A stretch of DNA of 34,835 nucleotides, taken from the sequence record SRR31156797_8894; one strand, given 5' to 3'. The notes under the pieces are model-generated. The model was given only the letters and a program-made list of their open reading frames with translations. It made no database searches and was not told the origin of the DNA. This document shows positions 1 through 10,043 of the stretch, piece after piece. Both the position numbers and the translations under genes were made by a program. Every line of letters starts with the position of its first letter. Position 1 is the stretch's first letter.

Positions 1-111
1 CAAAAATGACTCTCGCCGAAGGCGCATCTTTCAAAGAAATAGCCGCCCGTAGGTGGCATCATTACTTTTTATTTCCCGTCGGGATTTAAACCCGACTTCT
101 TCAAGTCAAGC

Positions 112-151
112 AATGAAACGCCTCACCAACATAATGGTGAGGCGTTTCATT
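112..151. terminator. Intrinsic terminator-like hairpin downstream of dapF (possibly bidirectional)
   Basis: Perfect 17-bp inverted repeat AATGAAACGCCTCACCA-acataa-TGGTGAGGCGTTTCATT, 23 nt past the dapF stop. Confidence 0.7.
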
Positions 152-174
152 TGCTGAGGAACTCTGTGGAGGTC

Positions 175-1026
175 TTACAAAGTCAACCCCAGCGGCCCGA
201 GGAAAAAATCACCTTGGAAGGTCAATTCCGCTGCGCCTTGCAAGAAGACATTGCCGTCCTCCAAAAAGATAGTCAGCATCTCATCACTGGTCGTGGTCAG
301 ATTCGCGAAATTCCCGATCAAACCAAGGGCATTGGCCAACACCTGCGTTGCTGCTGCTCCAGTCCCGCAAGCATATGTCTCGGCTTCAACACCACGCTCA
401 TAGGTGCGCAATAACATGGTGTTTTCGTCGATGACCTGCGCAAAATTGACATTGGTACCAGCTGGAGAAAAAGCTTCATGGTAGCGAATCTTTGGACCGA
501 TCTCCATGATGTCGAGTGCTTTGACGTCATCCACGAAGACAACGGCATGGGGGACGCCCGTGTCTGAAAAATGGACGGTCAACGATTCTCCGTCGAGGTC
601 CAATGTGATGTTGGTTTTTGTTTCTTTGGGCGGAGTAAGTTGAACCTTGACGCGACCCGCGTCGGGGCCGTCAAGAAGGACGGATGCCTTGATGGGACCG
701 GCGTCCGTGCCGAACGTATGCTCGGCCGGGGCCAAGCCGATGGCATGGGCGAGCTTCCCCGCACAGCGGGAGGCATTGCCGCACATCTCGGCGCGGGACC
801 CATCTGAATTGTAGAAATGCCAGCGGTAGTCCAGGTTTGCATCTTCCGAATTTTCAAGGAAAAAAAGGCCGTCGGCATAAATGCCAAAAGCGCGGGCGCA
901 GAGGGCCTTTGCCCATGCTTCCATGGAAGACTCAGGGACGCCAAGTTCCCGGTTGTCGATGACGACGAAATCGTTGCCGCAACCCTGCATTTTATAAAAA
1001 GGAACGGACTTGGTGAATATATTCAT
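175..1026 (-). CDS. dapF: Diaminopimelate epimerase
   Basis: FYKMQGCGNDF N-terminal motif and both catalytic Cys motifs (NSDGSRAEMCGNA; ERGVEAETYACGTGA). Start reassigned to ATG at 1026 (MNIFTK), which has GGAG upstream. Confidence 0.97.
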   Translation of the reverse strand: MNIFTKSVPFYKMQGCGNDFVVIDNRELGVPESSMEAWAKALCARAFGIYADGLFFLENSEDANLDYRWHFYNSDGSRAEMCGNASRCAGKLAHAIGLAPAEHTFGTDAGPIKASVLLDGPDAGRVKVQLTPPKETKTNITLDLDGESLTVHFSDTGVPHAVVFVDDVKALDIMEIGPKIRYHEAFSPAGTNVNFAQVIDENTMLLRTYERGVEAETYACGTGAAATQVLANALGLIGNFANLTTTSDEMLTIFLEDGNVFLQGAAELTFQGDFFLGPLGLTL

Positions 1027-1106
1027 GGTGTGTGACTCCATTTTTAATACCGGTAAGCCGTGTTTTACATATGGTCCAATTCTTTTTGGATATGGATGAA
1101 AAAAAG

Positions 1107-1346
1107 TCAGGATGTAAGCCATTGTATGGCTTGTTCTTTCTCTATGAAAGTCTTGCAGTTGAGCGATCGGTTGAAGAGTGCGTTCTCATATGTGATGGCG
1201 ATGGAATACCCTTCTTGCTTGACAACATTGGCTACTCGTATACCCAGAATTGCGGCAACATATAGTTGCATTTCTTCGTGTGTGGTCACTGTCCCGGCAG
1301 TGGTAACGAGCAAATGATTTTCTTTGAGTTTGAATGTAAAGTGCAT
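1107..1346 (-). CDS. Small STAS/SpoIIAA-like protein, apparently shortened by an internal in-frame deletion
   Basis: GAGG RBS. The N-terminal 'HLLVTTAG' strand and C-terminal 'GIRVANV…YENALFNRSLNCKTF…EQAIQWL' resemble STAS/SEC14-like small proteins. Only 79 aa. Confidence 0.55.
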   Translation of the reverse strand: MHFTFKLKENHLLVTTAGTVTTHEEMQLYVAAILGIRVANVVKQEGYSIAITYENALFNRSLNCKTFIEKEQAIQWLTS

Positions 1347-1489
1347 GAATGGGGAGCCTCAATATGTGGTACGATTCTTGATGATTTAAAGATTCAAGCA
1401 AGTGAGAAAAAAGTCAAGTTCACTTTCTTGCCATTTGCAACTCCCAAAGGTATCGCTGGTCTTATTAAGAATCAGGAGAATGAAAAGAC

Positions 1490-1744
1490 ATGTCCAAGCC
1501 GTGTGTTGGATGTGGGTGGTGTTGTCTGCAAGACCCCTGCATGGAATCTCATAGACGATATGGTTATATGCGCCGTTGCCCGGATCTTTTTTGGGATGAA
1601 GAGAAGAAACGATACATGTGCGGCCTCATGCTTGATCCTGAAATGAGTGAGCAGGTGCGTCAATCGCAACATGAGGGGCAGGGCTGTTATGCCCCGCTCA
1701 ATTCCTGGCGGGATGATGTCAGGAACAGAGACAACGAAAAATAG
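1490..1744 (+). CDS. Small cysteine-rich protein (CxxCxxCC, YkgJ-like putative Fe-S/Zn cluster protein)
   Basis: CVGCGWCC plus four more Cys (8 in 84 aa); AGGAG upstream; possible TTGCCA-17-TATCGC promoter at 1428-1456. Confidence 0.75.
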   Translation: MSKPCVGCGWCCLQDPCMESHRRYGYMRRCPDLFWDEEKKRYMCGLMLDPEMSEQVRQSQHEGQGCYAPLNSWRDDVRNRDNEK

Positions 1745-1824
1745 GGCTTCCCCCTATTGCCCTAATTTGTTTTTCAGGCGATAGTCCGTCGCATGTTCAA
1801 AATTTCAGATACGGAGTTTTCCCC

Positions 1825-2577
1825 ATGCGAGTGACCTTTGCCGGTGTCGGCGAAGCTTTTGATGACAAGTTGCCCAATACGTCCTTATTGGTACACGCTG
1901 GTTCTTCCACGGTTTTGCTTGATTGCGGCTTTACTGCCGCCTGTGTCTTTTGGGGCATGGCCGCGAACCCCCTTAAACTGGATGCAGTATATATTTCACA
2001 TTTTCATGGTGACCATTACTTTGGTTTGCCCGCATTGCTTGTCCGTTCCATTGAGGAAGAGCGCACAAAGCGTTTAACCATTCTTGGACCTTCGGGTATT
2101 GAATCCCGTGTGACCCGCCTTATGGAAATGGCGTATTCCAATGCCTTGGCTCGGGCAAAATTCAGTATATTTTTTATCGAATGTGATCCCGGTCAGGATT
2201 TTAAACACGCTGGTTTCCGGTTTCGTTTTGCCATGAGTGACCACGCCATGCCCTGTCAGGCTATTCGGCTTGATACAGCAGATAAATCATTGTTTTACTC
2301 TGGTGACGGGCAGCCCACTGATGATACTTTGGAGCTGGCCTTGGGATGCGATCTCGTGGTCCACGAATCCTATTCTTTGGATCAGGAAAAAACCGGACAC
2401 GGAAGTGTTGAATCCTCTGTCGATTTTGCTCGTAAGGCAAATGCCAAAGCTTGTGCTTTGGTTCATGTGAAACGAACAGTTCGACGGGAAAGAAAAGATG
2501 TGATTCTTGCACGGGCAAACGCCATCACTGATATGAAGGTCTTCCTGCCTGAGCCAGGAGATGTCCATATTTTGTAG
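1825..2577 (+). CDS. Metallo-beta-lactamase-fold hydrolase, RNase Z/BN-like
   Basis: LLDCG, SHFHGDH (HxHxDH), YSGD, VHES and LVH motifs; GGAG RBS. Confidence 0.85.
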   Translation: MRVTFAGVGEAFDDKLPNTSLLVHAGSSTVLLDCGFTAACVFWGMAANPLKLDAVYISHFHGDHYFGLPALLVRSIEEERTKRLTILGPSGIESRVTRLMEMAYSNALARAKFSIFFIECDPGQDFKHAGFRFRFAMSDHAMPCQAIRLDTADKSLFYSGDGQPTDDTLELALGCDLVVHESYSLDQEKTGHGSVESSVDFARKANAKACALVHVKRTVRRERKDVILARANAITDMKVFLPEPGDVHIL

Positions 2578-2702
2578 AGTCTTATTCCCTTATTTATCAT
2601 TCCCAACGAAGACTTTTTATGCCATCGTGCGCAATACTTAACGTTGTGAAACGGGCGTTTGATTGGCTTAATTGATCATTTGTTTTTGTTTCAGAGGGGA
2701 TT

Positions 2703-4037
2703 ATGGCGGGAAAATACGACTCTATCGTTTACGATTATTTTGAGAAATCAAATGGAAATGTGGTTCTTGTCAGTGAAGACCAGCTGTTCAAGAAGACTTT
2801 GGCTACCACGCTTTTCAAAGTTATAGGGACCAAGCGAAATTGTTTCTTTGCCTTTGAGAGTGTGCAACAAGGGCTCAAAAAAATTCAGGAATTGGATAAA
2901 CGGTCTTTAGAAACAACTGTTTTTATTGAGCGAATTTTGGGTGGGCATCCAAGTACGGATACCATTATCACTCTCAAACGATTGTTGCCGGATCTGAAGA
3001 TTGTCGTTCTGGCAGGCGAAACCAAGCGGGAAAACATCGCCTATTTTTATGAGCTTGGCGTGAATAATGTCATCTCCAAGCCTGCTTCCATCAATAATAT
3101 CATCGAAAAAATGGCGTTCACTGTGCAGCCTCAGGGCAAGCTCAGTGAATATATGTCCATTGGAAAGCGGTGTCTTGCTGCTGGCAAATTCATGGAAGCC
3201 ATGAAGATTGCGGATAAGATATTACAGCTTAAGCCTGAAAGTCCTGCTGGCCTTATGCTCAAGGGAGATATCTATTCGTTGCAAGGTGATCTGGATAAGG
3301 CATTGACCTGTTTCCATCGTGCTCATGATAGCTCAAAATTATATCTGGAACCCCTCAAGAAGCTGGTAGGAGCGTATAGGGAAGTGGACGAGGAGAAAGC
3401 CCTTGTTTACATGAAGAAACTGGATAAATTGAGTCCGCTTAATGCTGAACGAAAAACGGATATCGGCAAGATTTTTGTTCATCAGAAGAAAATGGAGATG
3501 GCGGAAAAGTATTTTGATCAAGCCATTGATGCTGCGACGCACGAAGCGATGAGCCTGATCAGTTCTGTTGCCGAAAATATTTCTGAAGCAGTCCAACAGA
3601 CCTCACCCCGTATGGCCGAGAAATACTTGAGCAAAGTTTTGGAGGCAAAAGGATCACGCCTTGGGCCGGGAGATATTACGCTTTTCAACAAGCTTGGTAT
3701 CGCTTTGCGCGGACAGGGCAAGTGGAAGGAAGCTATTGAAAATTACATTCAGGCATTACGGATATCTCCAGACGACGAAGGACTACATTACAATATGGGG
3801 ATGGCCTATATTGATGGTGGAGAGCGTCGGTTGGCGGGGAAGTGCTTTGAAAATGCACTGAAGCGGAATCCTGGTTTTTATAAAATAAGCGAAGCTGTTT
3901 CCATGAATGTCGGCATGCTTTTCAGTGAACTCAGAGAGAATGAGAAAGCGATACCCTGTTTTAAAAATGCGATAGAACTAAATCCGAATAATACCACTGC
4001 TCTGCGGAAGTTGGCTGCGCTCGAAGAAAAGTCGTAG
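2703..4037 (+). CDS. Atypical receiver-domain + TPR-repeat protein
   Basis: N-terminal REC-like fold (VVLVSED…VFIE…IVVLAG…ISKP) followed by TPR helices (FNKLGIALRGQGKWKEAIENYIQALRISPDDEGLHYNMGMAY). Confidence 0.85.
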   Translation: MAGKYDSIVYDYFEKSNGNVVLVSEDQLFKKTLATTLFKVIGTKRNCFFAFESVQQGLKKIQELDKRSLETTVFIERILGGHPSTDTIITLKRLLPDLKIVVLAGETKRENIAYFYELGVNNVISKPASINNIIEKMAFTVQPQGKLSEYMSIGKRCLAAGKFMEAMKIADKILQLKPESPAGLMLKGDIYSLQGDLDKALTCFHRAHDSSKLYLEPLKKLVGAYREVDEEKALVYMKKLDKLSPLNAERKTDIGKIFVHQKKMEMAEKYFDQAIDAATHEAMSLISSVAENISEAVQQTSPRMAEKYLSKVLEAKGSRLGPGDITLFNKLGIALRGQGKWKEAIENYIQALRISPDDEGLHYNMGMAYIDGGERRLAGKCFENALKRNPGFYKISEAVSMNVGMLFSELRENEKAIPCFKNAIELNPNNTTALRKLAALEEKS

Positions 4038-4065
4038 ACGGCTTTCGTATTTCTCAAATTATCGT

Positions 4066-4100
4066 ACCCCGGTTGTCCTTGCTGACAGCCGGGGTTTTTT
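4066..4100 (+). terminator. Rho-independent terminator
   Basis: ACCCCGGTTGTC-cttgct-GACAGCCGGGGT stem followed by a T tract, just after the 4037 stop. Confidence 0.8.
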
Positions 4101-4108
4101 ATGTTGGG

Positions 4109-4138
4109 TTGACCCATTTCCCCCACATCACGTAGTAT
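4109..4138 (+). promoter_or_regulatory. Putative sigma70 promoter for the second REC-TPR gene
   Basis: TTGACC-18 nt-TAGTAT between the terminator and the GGAG-preceded ATG at 4190. Confidence 0.5.
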
Positions 4139-4189
4139 GGAATTGGTGAGGATCAGCCGCAGTGTACTGAGTCAAAAATTGGAGAGAGC

Positions 4190-5647
4190 ATGCCTGGAGA
4201 ATCCGCTGACACCATCGTTCTTGATTTTATCAGGAAAGAGGGAGGAGTCATCGTCTATTTGTCCGATGATTTCGTCTTTACTCGTGCTTTGCGGAATATA
4301 GTTTCACGGGTTATCGGTCTGAGTGGGGACTCCTTACTTGCATTTTCTTCCATGAGCTCGGCCATGAAGAAATGTCTGGAATTGCAGGATCAAGGAATTC
4401 CCTGCGTTATTTTTATCGAAAGAATGCTCGACAACCGGCCTTCTACGGATTTTATCATCACACTTAAACGGGAATTTCCGGATGTGAAGATGGTTGTTTT
4501 GACGTGGGAGGCCACGCAGGAAACCGTGGCTTACTTTTTTGAACTGGGAGTGAGTCGCGTTTTGGTCAAGCCTGCATCTGCCAACATGGTCATTGAGGCC
4601 TTGGCAGAAGTTATTTCTCCTCCCATGGAGCTTAAACAGCAGATATTGTTGTGTGAAGAGCTTTTGGGAAAAGGGGAATATGCCGCAGCATTGGATGCGT
4701 CGGATCGCATTCTTATGACGAGGCCGGATAGTGCTCGTGGGTTGGTGCTGCGAGGGAATGCCCTCATGGGGGTGGAGGAGACCGACAAAGCCGTGCAGTG
4801 CTATATGGCTGCCCATGAAGTCCAGCCGATTTTTATGGCTCCGCTGATCAAGCTTGCGGAAGCCTTTAGGGAAATGGACGATGAACGAGCTCTTGCCTAT
4901 ATGAAGGAGTTGGACGATATCAGCCCATTGAATCCTGAGCGTAAAATCGACATTGCCGAGGAGCATTTGCGCAAGGGTGAGCATGAAGAGGCGGAAAGAT
5001 ATCTTGATCGAGGTATGGCTGTCGCGGAAAAGGAAGTCAGCAGCATGGTTGGCGATTTGACACAGCGCATTGTGGACGCAGTGACGGCCATTGCTCCCAA
5101 TCTGGCGGTAAAATATCTGAACCGTGTCATCGATACCAAACGGGTTTTGGGTCGGGATGACCTTGTTCATTTCAACCGTCTTGGCATTATTTTGCGAGGC
5201 GAAGGGCGATGGGCCGAGGCCGTCGAAGTCTATGGCAAGGCCGTGACCATTGCCCCGGAAGATCCGGTCATTCATTACAATATGGGGTTGGCTCATTGGG
5301 AAGGCAATAAGCGTATCGTTGCGTTGGAATGTTTTGAACAGGCCTTGAGCATTGATCCGCATTTTTACGCAGGCAGTGTCGGGGCGGCTTTGAATATTGG
5401 GTCGTTGTATCTGGATCTGCGGCGATATAGAGATTCCTTGCCGTTTTTTGCTCATGTTTTGGATTTGGACCCGGAAAATTCTTTGGCGCAAGTGAAGCTT
5501 GCTGAAGCGAAAACCAAAGCCGAAACCGAACCTGATCCAGTCCGGTCAGCCTTAGGGTCAGAGGGCGATGTCGATCTTAATCTGTCTTCGTCGGACTCAA
5601 GAAAAAAGGCGAAGAAACGAAAGCCTTTTACTAATCTGGAGTTGTAA
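4190..5647 (+). CDS. Atypical receiver-domain + TPR-repeat protein (paralog of 2703..4037)
   Basis: Same architecture and shared motifs (IFIER…PSTD.IITLKR…VVL…AYF.ELGV…KPAS; LD..SPLN.ERK.DI; FNRLGI.LRG.G.W.EA). Confidence 0.85.
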   Translation: MPGESADTIVLDFIRKEGGVIVYLSDDFVFTRALRNIVSRVIGLSGDSLLAFSSMSSAMKKCLELQDQGIPCVIFIERMLDNRPSTDFIITLKREFPDVKMVVLTWEATQETVAYFFELGVSRVLVKPASANMVIEALAEVISPPMELKQQILLCEELLGKGEYAAALDASDRILMTRPDSARGLVLRGNALMGVEETDKAVQCYMAAHEVQPIFMAPLIKLAEAFREMDDERALAYMKELDDISPLNPERKIDIAEEHLRKGEHEEAERYLDRGMAVAEKEVSSMVGDLTQRIVDAVTAIAPNLAVKYLNRVIDTKRVLGRDDLVHFNRLGIILRGEGRWAEAVEVYGKAVTIAPEDPVIHYNMGLAHWEGNKRIVALECFEQALSIDPHFYAGSVGAALNIGSLYLDLRRYRDSLPFFAHVLDLDPENSLAQVKLAEAKTKAETEPDPVRSALGSEGDVDLNLSSSDSRKKAKKRKPFTNLEL

Positions 5648-5775
5648 AGGGGCTGGGTCTTGAGTTTGAGAGATTTTCCACCGTATAAACTCAGAAGTGA
5701 AAGTCGTTTGCGTATATACATGGTGACATGTTTTACGTACTCTGCCCCGGAAGATTCTTGTCGGGAAGGAGTATC

Positions 5776-6810
5776 ATGAAATTTACGATGAAAGATCTTG
5801 ATTGGGCGGCGGATACAAAGGTTATCACGGTAGAGGTTCGTGACGCATTGGCTGATGCATTTCAGCAGAAATATGCGGACAAGCCGTCGTTGTCATTTGC
5901 CAATGTCCTTTATTATTTGGGTGGACTTATCGTTATCGGTTCCATGACGTTTTACGTTACTTCGGCATGGGAGACCCTTGGCGGTGGCGGCCATTTGGCT
6001 GTGGCACTTCTTTACGCCTGTACCTTCCTACTGGTGGGCCGGTGGCTCTGGAAAAGGAAGGGGCAGCGTATTCCCGGAGGAATTCTGGTCACGGCAGCGG
6101 TCTGCATGACGCCCATGGCGGTTTTTGGGGTTCAGGAAATGACCGGTTGGTGGGGCTGGCATGAACCGGGAAGTTATTCAGATTTTTATCTATGGGTCAA
6201 AAGTGGTTGGTTCCTTATGGAAGTATTCACCATAGTGGCTGGGGTTGTCGCTCTTCGGTGGTGCAGATTCCCCTTTATCATGCTGCCTGTGGCGTTCAGT
6301 TTGTGGTTTATGTCCATGGATTTAACCGTTGTTATATATGGGACTGATTTTTCATGGGAACAACGCAAATTGGTTTCCGTATGGTTTGGTCTGGTTATGT
6401 TGATCGGAAGTTTTATGGTGGATCGGCGAACCGAGCAGGATTTTGCCTTCTGGGGTTATTTGTTTGGCATGTTTGCCTTTTGGGGTGGATTGACCAGCAT
6501 GGACAGTGACACGGAACTTGGTAAACTTGTTTATTGTTGTATCAACGTCATTTTGATGGGTGTGTCGGTGTTGTTGCAACGTCGTGTGTTTATCGTTTTC
6601 GGTGGCATTGGAGTCAGCATATATCTCAGCCATCTGGCCTACGATATCTTTGAGAGCGAATTGCTTTTCGCATTTGCCTTGAGCGGGGTTGGATTGGCAG
6701 TTATCATTTTGGGATTGCAGTACCATCGGCATAAGGACTTCATAGAACAAAAGATGATGGGAATGCTCCCCGAGGTGTTAAGACGGATATTGCCGCAGTT
6801 CAGAGTATAG
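5776..6810 (+). CDS. Polytopic membrane protein (DUF2157-like)
   Basis: About 10-11 hydrophobic segments; 'NVLYYLGGLIVIGSMT' N-terminal motif; start reassigned to ATG 5776 behind AGGAG. Confidence 0.7.
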   Translation: MKFTMKDLDWAADTKVITVEVRDALADAFQQKYADKPSLSFANVLYYLGGLIVIGSMTFYVTSAWETLGGGGHLAVALLYACTFLLVGRWLWKRKGQRIPGGILVTAAVCMTPMAVFGVQEMTGWWGWHEPGSYSDFYLWVKSGWFLMEVFTIVAGVVALRWCRFPFIMLPVAFSLWFMSMDLTVVIYGTDFSWEQRKLVSVWFGLVMLIGSFMVDRRTEQDFAFWGYLFGMFAFWGGLTSMDSDTELGKLVYCCINVILMGVSVLLQRRVFIVFGGIGVSIYLSHLAYDIFESELLFAFALSGVGLAVIILGLQYHRHKDFIEQKMMGMLPEVLRRILPQFRV

Positions 6811-6919
6811 GGCCAACCCTGTATTTCAGCCGGGATTGGTCGTCTTTCTCCTCTTGGATTGCGGCACCAAACGTGCTAGTGCCTGCCCGACAAGCTTTGT
6901 TTAAGGAGAATATATACTC

Positions 6920-8563
6920 ATGAGAGCGAAAATACATTTGGAAGAAGCACTGAGAAAGGTGCTGGACGGATTTGGTTGGGAATGGCCGGAGAAAACGGTT
7001 ATTGAACCTCCCAAGGATAAGAAATTCGGCGACATGTCGGTCAACGTGGCCATGATGCTCGCCAAGCAGGCCAAGAAGGCTCCGCGTGCCGTGGCCGAAG
7101 ATATTCAGGCAGCCTTTGAAGGGGATGCCCTGATTGAGAAGGTCGATATCGCTGGCCCCGGTTTCCTGAATTTCACCTTTGCCCCGAGTTTTTGGCAGGA
7201 CACCGTGGGGGTTATCACCGAAGTCGGTGAGGCATACGGCACGTCCACCATGGGCAACGGCACCAAGGTGCAGGTGGAGTACGTCTCTGCCAACCCCACA
7301 GGCCCACTGCACATCGGGCATGGCCGTGGTGCTGCGCTGGGTGATTCTCTGACCCGTATTCTGGAAAAAGCAGGATACGACGTCGAAGCCGAATATTACA
7401 TCAATGACGCTGGTCGTCAGATGCTCATTTTGGGTGGTTCCATTCTGTATCGTGCTCGCGAGATCGCTGGTCAGGATGTGACTGAACCTGAGAATTTTTA
7501 TAAGGGTGACTACATTGCCGACATCGCTCGAGATGTCATGGCGAAGTACCCCGACCTGCTGGACATGGACGAAGCTGAAGCCACTGAGTTGTGTAAGGTT
7601 TACGGAAAGGACGTGATTCTTGAAGGGATCAAGGTCGATCTGGCCGCTTTCGGTGTCCGTCACGATGTTTGGTTTTCGGAAAAGTCTTTGGTCACCGATG
7701 GCAAGGTTGATGAGACCTTTGCCGACATGACCGCGTCCGGCATGGGATATGAAGCTGATGGCGCGTTTTGGTTCAAGTCCACCGAGTTGGGCGACGACAA
7801 GGACCGTGTCTTGCGCAAGTCCAATGGCGACACCACGTATTTCGCATCTGACATCGCCTACCATGACAACAAGTTCAAACGTGGTTTTGACCTCGTTGTC
7901 GACATCTGGGGTGCGGATCATCACGGATATATCCCGCGCATGATGGCGGCCTGTGAAGCCCTCGGTAAGAAGGGTGGGCTGCACGTCATTCTGGTTAATC
8001 TGGTCAACCTGCTTCGGGATGGACAGCCTATCGCCATGTCTACACGTGCAGGTCAGTTCGAGACACTTAAGGATGTGGTGGACGAGGTCGGTTCAGACGC
8101 TGCACGGTTTATGTTCCTGTCTCGTAAGTCCGATTCCAAGCTCGATTTTGATTTGGAGTTGGTCAAGCAGAAGTCCATGGATAACCCTGTGTACTATGTG
8201 CAGTACGCCCATGCCCGCATTTGTTCATTGAATAAGAAAGCAGCTGAGGCCGGCATCAATGTCGCCGCTGTTGGGCCGGATTCCTTAGCTCTGCTTGATA
8301 CAAAGTATGATATGGAAATTCTTCAACATCTTGACCTTTACCCGGATTTCGTGGAAGTGGCTGCACGGACACAGAGCCCGAACATGATCTCCATGTATTT
8401 GCAGGAGCTTGCATCAAAGCTCCACAGATACTATACCAATTGTCATGTACTCTCTGCTGATGCCGATATTGCTTCGGCCAGACTCATGTTATTGAGCTGT
8501 GTGGCCGTTGTGGTCAAAAATGGATTGAGTCTGCTCGGAGTGAACGCACCGGAATCGATGTAG
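6920..8563 (+). CDS. argS: Arginine--tRNA ligase
   Basis: [20 protein letters not shown] (HIGH motif), [36 protein letters not shown]. Confidence 0.99.
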   Translation: MRAKIHLEEALRKVLDGFGWEWPEKTVIEPPKDKKFGDMSVNVAMMLAKQAKKAPRAVAEDIQAAFEGDALIEKVDIAGPGFLNFTFAPSFWQDTVGVITEVGEAYGTSTMGNGTKVQVEYVSANPTGPLHIGHGRGAALGDSLTRILEKAGYDVEAEYYINDAGRQMLILGGSILYRAREIAGQDVTEPENFYKGDYIADIARDVMAKYPDLLDMDEAEATELCKVYGKDVILEGIKVDLAAFGVRHDVWFSEKSLVTDGKVDETFADMTASGMGYEADGAFWFKSTELGDDKDRVLRKSNGDTTYFASDIAYHDNKFKRGFDLVVDIWGADHHGYIPRMMAACEALGKKGGLHVILVNLVNLLRDGQPIAMSTRAGQFETLKDVVDEVGSDAARFMFLSRKSDSKLDFDLELVKQKSMDNPVYYVQYAHARICSLNKKAAEAGINVAAVGPDSLALLDTKYDMEILQHLDLYPDFVEVAARTQSPNMISMYLQELASKLHRYYTNCHVLSADADIASARLMLLSCVAVVVKNGLSLLGVNAPESM

Positions 8564-8567
8564 GATC

Positions 8568-9254
8568 ATGGCGGAAAAAAAAGAACCGAAATACAAGATC
8601 AAAGTTCCCAAGCTCAATGCGAGCAAGAAGACCTATGATTTCTCCCTCTCCCTGCCGGGCATGATTAGCGCGGTTGGGGCAGGCGTACTCGCACTGACTT
8701 TCTTTTTTGTTATGGGAATACTCATTGGTCGAGGGTATCGACCGGAGGCAGATGTGCCGCCCCTTGAGCAGATTATGCCTTCCAGTGAGCATGGTCAGGC
8801 AGAGGAGCAGGCTAAGCCTCAAGTTCTTAAGCTTGAGGAGTTGGAATACGCGGATCGTTTGTCTGCGCCGACTCAACAGGTTATGGATCAACCCGCAGTC
8901 ACGCCGAAGCCGGTCAAGCCAGCGGTAAAGAAGCCCGAAGTCAAAGCCGAGGCCCCGTCTGTCAAACCAGAAGTCTTTGATCCTACGGTAGTTAAGCCGG
9001 GTGATCCAGTCTTTGATTATGTTTATCAGGTGGCTTCGTTCAAGAAGGCCGAGATGGCAGACGCCTTGCGGGACAAGTTGGTCGCTTCAGGCTTGCGTGC
9101 TCAAGTGGCATCGGGAGAAGCGAAAGGATCGACATGGCATCGTGTTCAAGTGCTTTATCATGGATCGCCAGCCTCGACGGATGAGATGAAGGCGGTGCTT
9201 GCTAAGCATGGCATCAAGAAACCACTTTTGAAGAAAAAGACACCTGCACAATAA
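8568..9254 (+). CDS. SPOR-domain membrane-anchored cell-division protein (FtsN/DedD-like)
   Basis: Single N-terminal TM, Pro/Lys-rich linker and C-terminal YQVASFK…A..L…L…WHRVQV SPOR motif; classic position after argS. Confidence 0.88.
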   Translation: MAEKKEPKYKIKVPKLNASKKTYDFSLSLPGMISAVGAGVLALTFFFVMGILIGRGYRPEADVPPLEQIMPSSEHGQAEEQAKPQVLKLEELEYADRLSAPTQQVMDQPAVTPKPVKPAVKKPEVKAEAPSVKPEVFDPTVVKPGDPVFDYVYQVASFKKAEMADALRDKLVASGLRAQVASGEAKGSTWHRVQVLYHGSPASTDEMKAVLAKHGIKKPLLKKKTPAQ

Positions 9255-9262
9255 TGAGAATG

Positions 9263-9292
9263 AAAAGGCGGACCACATGGTCCGCCTTTTTT
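9263..9292 (+). terminator. Rho-independent terminator of argS-SPOR
   Basis: AAAAGGCGGACCA-ca-TGGTCCGCCTTTT followed by further Ts. Confidence 0.85.
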
Positions 9293-9299
9293 ATTTCCC

Positions 9300-9327
9300 A
9301 AAAAAGCCCCTGCCGAGGCAGGGGCTT
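9300..9327 (-). terminator. Rho-independent terminator of the yhhQ-like gene
   Basis: AAGCCCCTGCC-ga-GGCAGGGGCTT with an A tract on the + strand left side (U tract on the - strand). Confidence 0.8.
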
Positions 9328-9350
9328 AATAATTTTAATATCATTGCGCG

Positions 9351-10043
9351 TTATGCTTCTTTGGGAGTGTGAGTCCGATCTGTAAAGATTCGTTTGGCCA
9401 GATAGATAAACGGCGTGTCCAACCCGGCTACCACGATCTTGATGACGTAGGTGGAAAGTAGAATTTCCATAAAGACTTCTGTCGGGAACAGACCCCAGAA
9501 AGCGACGAAACAGAAGATGGCCGAGTCGAGCAACTGGCTGAGCATGGTGGAAGCATTGTTGCGCAGCCACAGATATTTTTCGCCGGTCCGTTGCTTGATG
9601 GCGTGAAAAGCCCAGACGTCATGGAGTTGAGATATAAGGTAAGCCATCATGCTTGCCAGAGCAATGCGCGGCATGAAACCGAACAGGGCAGACAGGTGGG
9701 GCTGGGCAAAATCATCGGCGGCAGGCTGGAAATAAAGTGCGATCTGCATATATCCGACCATCATGACCAGAGCCACAAATCCGAGGAGAACGCCTTTACG
9801 CGCTTCTTTTTTGCCGTAGAATTCGCTGAGTAGGTCCGTGGACAAGAATACACTGGCATACAGCACGTTGCCCAACGTCGTAGTCAAACCAAAAAGCTCA
9901 ACGGTTTTGAGCACCTGTATATTGCACAGCAATAAATTGAAGACCATGAGGCCAAACAGGCCAACTCGACCAAAGAGCCGGTAGACCACCAGGACCATAC
10001 ACAGGTCCACCAATGCGAAGAGAATCCATAACGTTTCGTTCAT
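9351..10043 (-). CDS. yhhQ: Queuosine precursor (preQ0/preQ1) transporter, Vut_1/YhhQ family
   Basis: TDLLSEFYGKKEARKGV, PRIALAS..AYL.SQL.DV..F, LWLRNNASTMLSQLLDS and DTPF motifs. Confidence 0.88.
   Translation of the reverse strand: MNETLWILFALVDLCMVLVVYRLFGRVGLFGLMVFNLLLCNIQVLKTVELFGLTTTLGNVLYASVFLSTDLLSEFYGKKEARKGVLLGFVALVMMVGYMQIALYFQPAADDFAQPHLSALFGFMPRIALASMMAYLISQLHDVWAFHAIKQRTGEKYLWLRNNASTMLSQLLDSAIFCFVAFWGLFPTEVFMEILLSTYVIKIVVAGLDTPFIYLAKRIFTDRTHTPKEA

Noticed and set aside
1-96. Possible 3' end of a plus-strand gene and small hairpin GTCGGG-atttaaa-CCCGAC
   Set aside because: Too little sequence to assign a frame or product; not tRNA-like
4334-5491. 385-aa ORF antisense to the second REC-TPR gene
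   Set aside because: Fully overlaps a well-supported CDS and has non-protein-like composition
6800-7984. 394-aa ORF antisense to argS
   Set aside because: Shadow frame of a highly conserved, codon-biased gene; no recognisable motifs
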